NCBI RefSeq assembly: GCF_036971445.1
Contig: NC_091470.1
Span: 337,466,001 to 337,530,000 of the forward strand
Reading direction: 5' to 3'
Source: Narcine bancroftii
Taxonomy: Eukaryota
Length of the DNA stretch: 64,000 nucleotides
In this document: positions 60,517 to 64,000 of the stretch, in pieces
How positions within the stretch are numbered: position 1 is the first letter of the stretch
Layout of the letters: each line of letters opens with the position of its first letter
Program-made: the position numbers and the translations under genes
Notes under the pieces: generated by a model
What the model was told of the DNA's origin: nothing
Seen by the model: only the letters and a program-made list of their open reading frames with translations
Databases searched by the model: none

Positions 60517-61115
60517 CTTGGCTTGGCTTCGCGGACGAAGATTTACGGAGGGGTAAATGTCCACATCAGCTGCAGGCTCGTTTGTGGCTGACAAGTCCGA
60601 TGCGGGACAGGCAGACACGGTTGCAGCGGTTGTAGGGGAAAATTGGTTGGTTGGGGTTGAGTGTTGGGTTTTTCCTCCTTTGCCTTTTGTCAGTGAGGTG
60701 GGCTCTGCGGTCTTCTTCAAAGGAGGTTGCTGCCCGCCAAACTGTGAGGCGCCAAGATACACGGTTTGAGGCGATATCAGCCCACTGGCGGTGGTCAATG
60801 TGGCAGGCACCAAGAGATTTCTTTAGGCAGTCCTTGTACCTTTTCTTTGGTGCACCTCTGTCACGGTGGCCAGTGGAGAGCTCGCCATATAACACGATCT
60901 TGGGAAGGCGATGGTCCTCCATTCTGGAGACGTGACCCACCCAGCACAGCTGGATCTTCAGCAGCGTGGACTCGATGCTGTCGACCTCTGCCATCTCAAG
61001 TACTTCGACGTTAGGGATGAAAGCGCTCCAATGAATGTTGAGGATGGAGCGGAGACAACGCTGGTGGAAGCGTTCTAGGAGCCGTAGGTGATGCCGGTAG
61101 AGGACCAGTAGAGGA
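60517..61115 (-). mobile_element. RTE LINE 3' fragment
   Basis: Near-identical to 22898-23490; 11-bp TSD ccctaacatat (60506-16 / 61116-26). Confidence 0.92.
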
Positions 61116-61284
61116 CCCTAACATATATATATATATATATATACTCTATATACTCTGTCACAGTAGGATCAGCAAAAAAAGGTTGTAAATTAAATTAATT
61201 GTTGGATTTATATATTAAACTAAATCAATGATTTATCTTCAAAAAATACAACCAAGGTAATGATGATTGTTTGAACTTTTGACT

Positions 61285-61495
61285 ATCAGCTGATTAAGGA
61301 CAGTCAGCAACGATTTGTGCATGGTAGGCTGTGTTTAACAAATCTTGTCGAGATTTTTGAGGAAGTTACCAGGAAGGTTGAAGAGGGAAAGGCCGTGAAT
61401 GTTGTTTATATGGACTTTAGTAAGGCCTTTGCCGAGGTTCCACATGAGAGTTTGGTTCAGAAGGTTAGGACACTAGGTATACATAGAGAGGTTGG
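61285..61495 (+). mobile_element. CR1 RT fragment
   Basis: GRLCLTNLVEIFEEVTRKVEEGKAVNVVYMDFSKAF. Confidence 0.85.
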
Positions 61496-61980
61496 ACCTG
61501 ATCAGTGCAAGCAGTGTGCAAATGTATGCTGTTGGTTCATTCAGAGCCCCCCTATTATTAACTCTGCAAGGTAAACCAATTTCATATGTAATCAGTGCCA
61601 ACTGAAGTGTGCACCATTTAAAGTGAGGTTGCATTCGCAAAGAAGAGGATTATTTTCACTTCTGAAGCTGATGAAATTGAGTAGAGAGGTGAGTGTTCAC
61701 AGCACCACATGGAAGAGAATGAGCTTCGCTGGAGGCCTTGTTGCAGTTAGTGGATAAAATGAGAGATGTATTCAGTCCACAGAGGTTCAAGATCCCTACA
61801 ATTACAGAATAAGAAAGGAGGTGACTTAGTAGATGAAAGCCTGGAGTCAACCCAATAGAAATGGATGCAGTAGCATAACAGTAAAGTTGGTTCATTTATT
61901 CATTTATAACAATGACAGCAACCCAGGATGGAATCCTGCACTAAGAAGTTTGCACGTTCCTTCTGTTCCCGCATGGGAAC

Positions 61981-62490
61981 TTATCGTAGAAACTGGTCTA
62001 TAGTGAATGACATCTCAGTGGTTCTACACAAAGCCATGGAACACCTGGACTGCAAAGATGTATTTATAAATAAGGATGCTCTTTATCGTAGAAACAGATC
62101 TATAGTGAATGACATCTCACTGGTTCTACACAAAGCCATGGAACACCTGGACTGCAAAGATGTATTTATAAATAAGGATGCTCTTTATCGTAGAAACTGA
62201 TCTATAGTGAATGACATCTCATTGGTTCTACACAAAGCCATGGAACACCTGGACTGCAAAGATGTATTTATAAATAAGGATGCTCTTTATCGTAGAAACA
62301 GATCTATAGTGAATGACATCTCACTGATTCTACACAAAGCCATGGAACACCTGGACTGCAAAGATGTATTTATAAATAAGGATGCTCTTTATCGTAGAAA
62401 CAGATCTATAGTGAATGACATCTCACTGGTTCTACACAAAGCCATGGAACACCTGGACTGCAAAGATGTATTTATAAATAAGGATGCTCT
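61981..62490 (+). repeat. Tandem repeat, 5 x 102 bp, derived from a Rex1 RT fragment
   Basis: Units start at 61981, 62083, 62185, 62287 and 62389 and encode YRRNRSIVNDISLVLHKAMEHLDCKDV. The sequence continues into ttattgactacagttcggcgtttaacaccatcatcccc (FIDYSSAFNTIIP). Confidence 0.95.
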
Positions 62491-63444
62491 TTATTGACTA
62501 CAGTTCGGCGTTTAACACCATCATCCCCTCAAAACTGATGAGCAATCTGGGTGCTCCGGTTTCCTCCCATGTTCCAAAAGCGTTCAGGGTCAGTTAATTG
62601 GTCACATGGGTGCATTTTGGGCGGCTCAGGTCTGTTGCTGTGCTGTCTATCTTTCTTTCAGTAAAGAAATGGTGAATTCACTTTCAAGGGACATTCACTT
62701 CTCATATTACATGCTTCCATCACTCCGCTCCAAACAATCCTTTACAACCAGTTTCATACGACATAATCGTAAGCCACATCATCCTTCATTCACGGCATTG
62801 CTGTCATCATCAGGAATGCATCTGATGCCTTGCAGACTCTGCCAGCTATTCAACCATGACAACTACACCAGTCAAACAGATGACACAGCATTTACTTATA
62901 TGCTCATTTTTCTTGCAGCTGATGGCGCACGAATTTTCAATAACAAAAGCTACTTTATAGGGATAGTCAGCCTGCACAACCTCATGTGTACAGAGGATAT
63001 GCTCCTGATGATCATTGGCATTATGTTCTTATGGAATGGCTGTGCAAAGACCCTGGGCTGAATCCATTGAATGTCAAGTCACGTCAAATTTATTATCATC
63101 TGATTTCATGAAACAGCATCCTCAGATCCCCAGTACAAAACATGCAGATACACAACTAGACATCCTCATATACAGACAAACAATACTCATGCAGGACGAG
63201 TATTCATATATACAACCAAATAAGTGTTTCGTAAAATGAGTCTTGGATGGTTAGTTCGGAATGTCATGTTCTTGCCAGACCTAATCCTTCTTTTCACCTT
63301 CTTTCAACATTTAAAGTTGATGTAAGCACTCAACCATTCTTCAATGGTCCCTCACCACAACCTTTACCTGTTGCATGGCTCTTTTGTTTACCAAGAACAT
63401 AAGCCAAGAGTGAGAAACAGAGAGATTGAAGATGGTGAGAAGAA

Positions 63445-63662
63445 ATGCTTAGCATAACAGTTAGTGCAACACAGTTACAGCACCAGTGAGTGGGACCGGG
63501 GTTCAAAACCCACATTGCCTGCAAGGAGCTAGTTCGTTCTCCCTGTGTCTGCATGGGTTTTCCCGAAGAGCTCCGGTATCCTTCCACCATTGTTGGTCAA
63601 TTTGGTGCAATTGAGTGGCACAGACTCATGGGCTGAAAGGACCTGTTACCATGGTGTATGTT
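63445..63662 (+). mobile_element. tRNA-derived SINE
   Basis: B-box gggttcaaaaccc and the SINE core. Confidence 0.75.
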
Positions 63663-64000
63663 TCATCTTGTATCCGTATGTGTGAGTTCTTAGATAACAC
63701 ATGGATGAAGGAAAAGCTTCTTTAAAGTTGTTGTCAGAAGCCCATGAGGCTGAAAACCTCCATTACAGATCTCTCATCCAGCAATCTCGCTATCTGTCTC
63801 AGCCCCCTGCTGGCAGCCAAGTATAATCAAACAGGAACTATATCCTTAAGACATTACTAGTAGCAAATGCAAACATGATCACTATCATTACACTGTATAT
63901 CTAATTTTTTTTTCCAAAAAAACTTGACTCCAAACTTTTCTCCACAGAAGTAAATCATCAAATTATCTGCAAGCCTTGACGCAATGATCCCTTTACATAG

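Larger units (their letters stand above)
55797..61162 (-). mobile_element. Solo LTR (family B) hosting a Gypsy element and an RTE
   Basis: tgttacaag...ctgtcaca termini; perfect TSD GTAG (55793-96 / 61163-66). Pieces at 55797-56488, 60435-60516 and 61116-61162. Confidence 0.88.

Noticed and set aside
61981-62490. CRISPR-like or protein-coding repeat array
   Set aside because: The units are contiguous with no unique spacers, derive from Rex1 RT, contain a stop, and the context is eukaryotic.
53640-64000. SLC22 exons 1-2
   Set aside because: I could not find a (W/F)DLVC...SD-type exon; they probably lie beyond the window end, though I may have missed a diverged exon.

Overview
Vertebrate genomic DNA, most likely a cartilaginous fish (ray/skate-like repeat repertoire: tRNA-derived SINEs, CR1, L1, RTE, Rex1, Penelope, Gypsy). 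Two convergent host genes. On + is XIRP1 (Xin), with one giant coding exon (~4424-12223, ~27 Xin repeats). On - are exons 3-10 of an SLC22A13-like organic ion transporter (53636->29452); their splice phases join into an intact frame, and I did not find exons 1-2 in the window. The most notable signals are not in the ORF track. (1) Two decayed LIM-domain exons downstream of XIRP1 (17476-17625, 18477-~18592) keep their splice sites but carry stops and a frameshift, and the second is interrupted by a CR1/RTE stack. (2) A Gypsy LTR element has no tRNA-type PBS; that position is a perfect 12-nt complement of its own LTR, suggesting self-priming. (3) A 5x102-bp in-frame tandem amplification of a Rex1 RT fragment sits inside a SINE. 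(4) There is a locally templated inverted insertion. (5) Several nested TE stacks retain intact TSDs.
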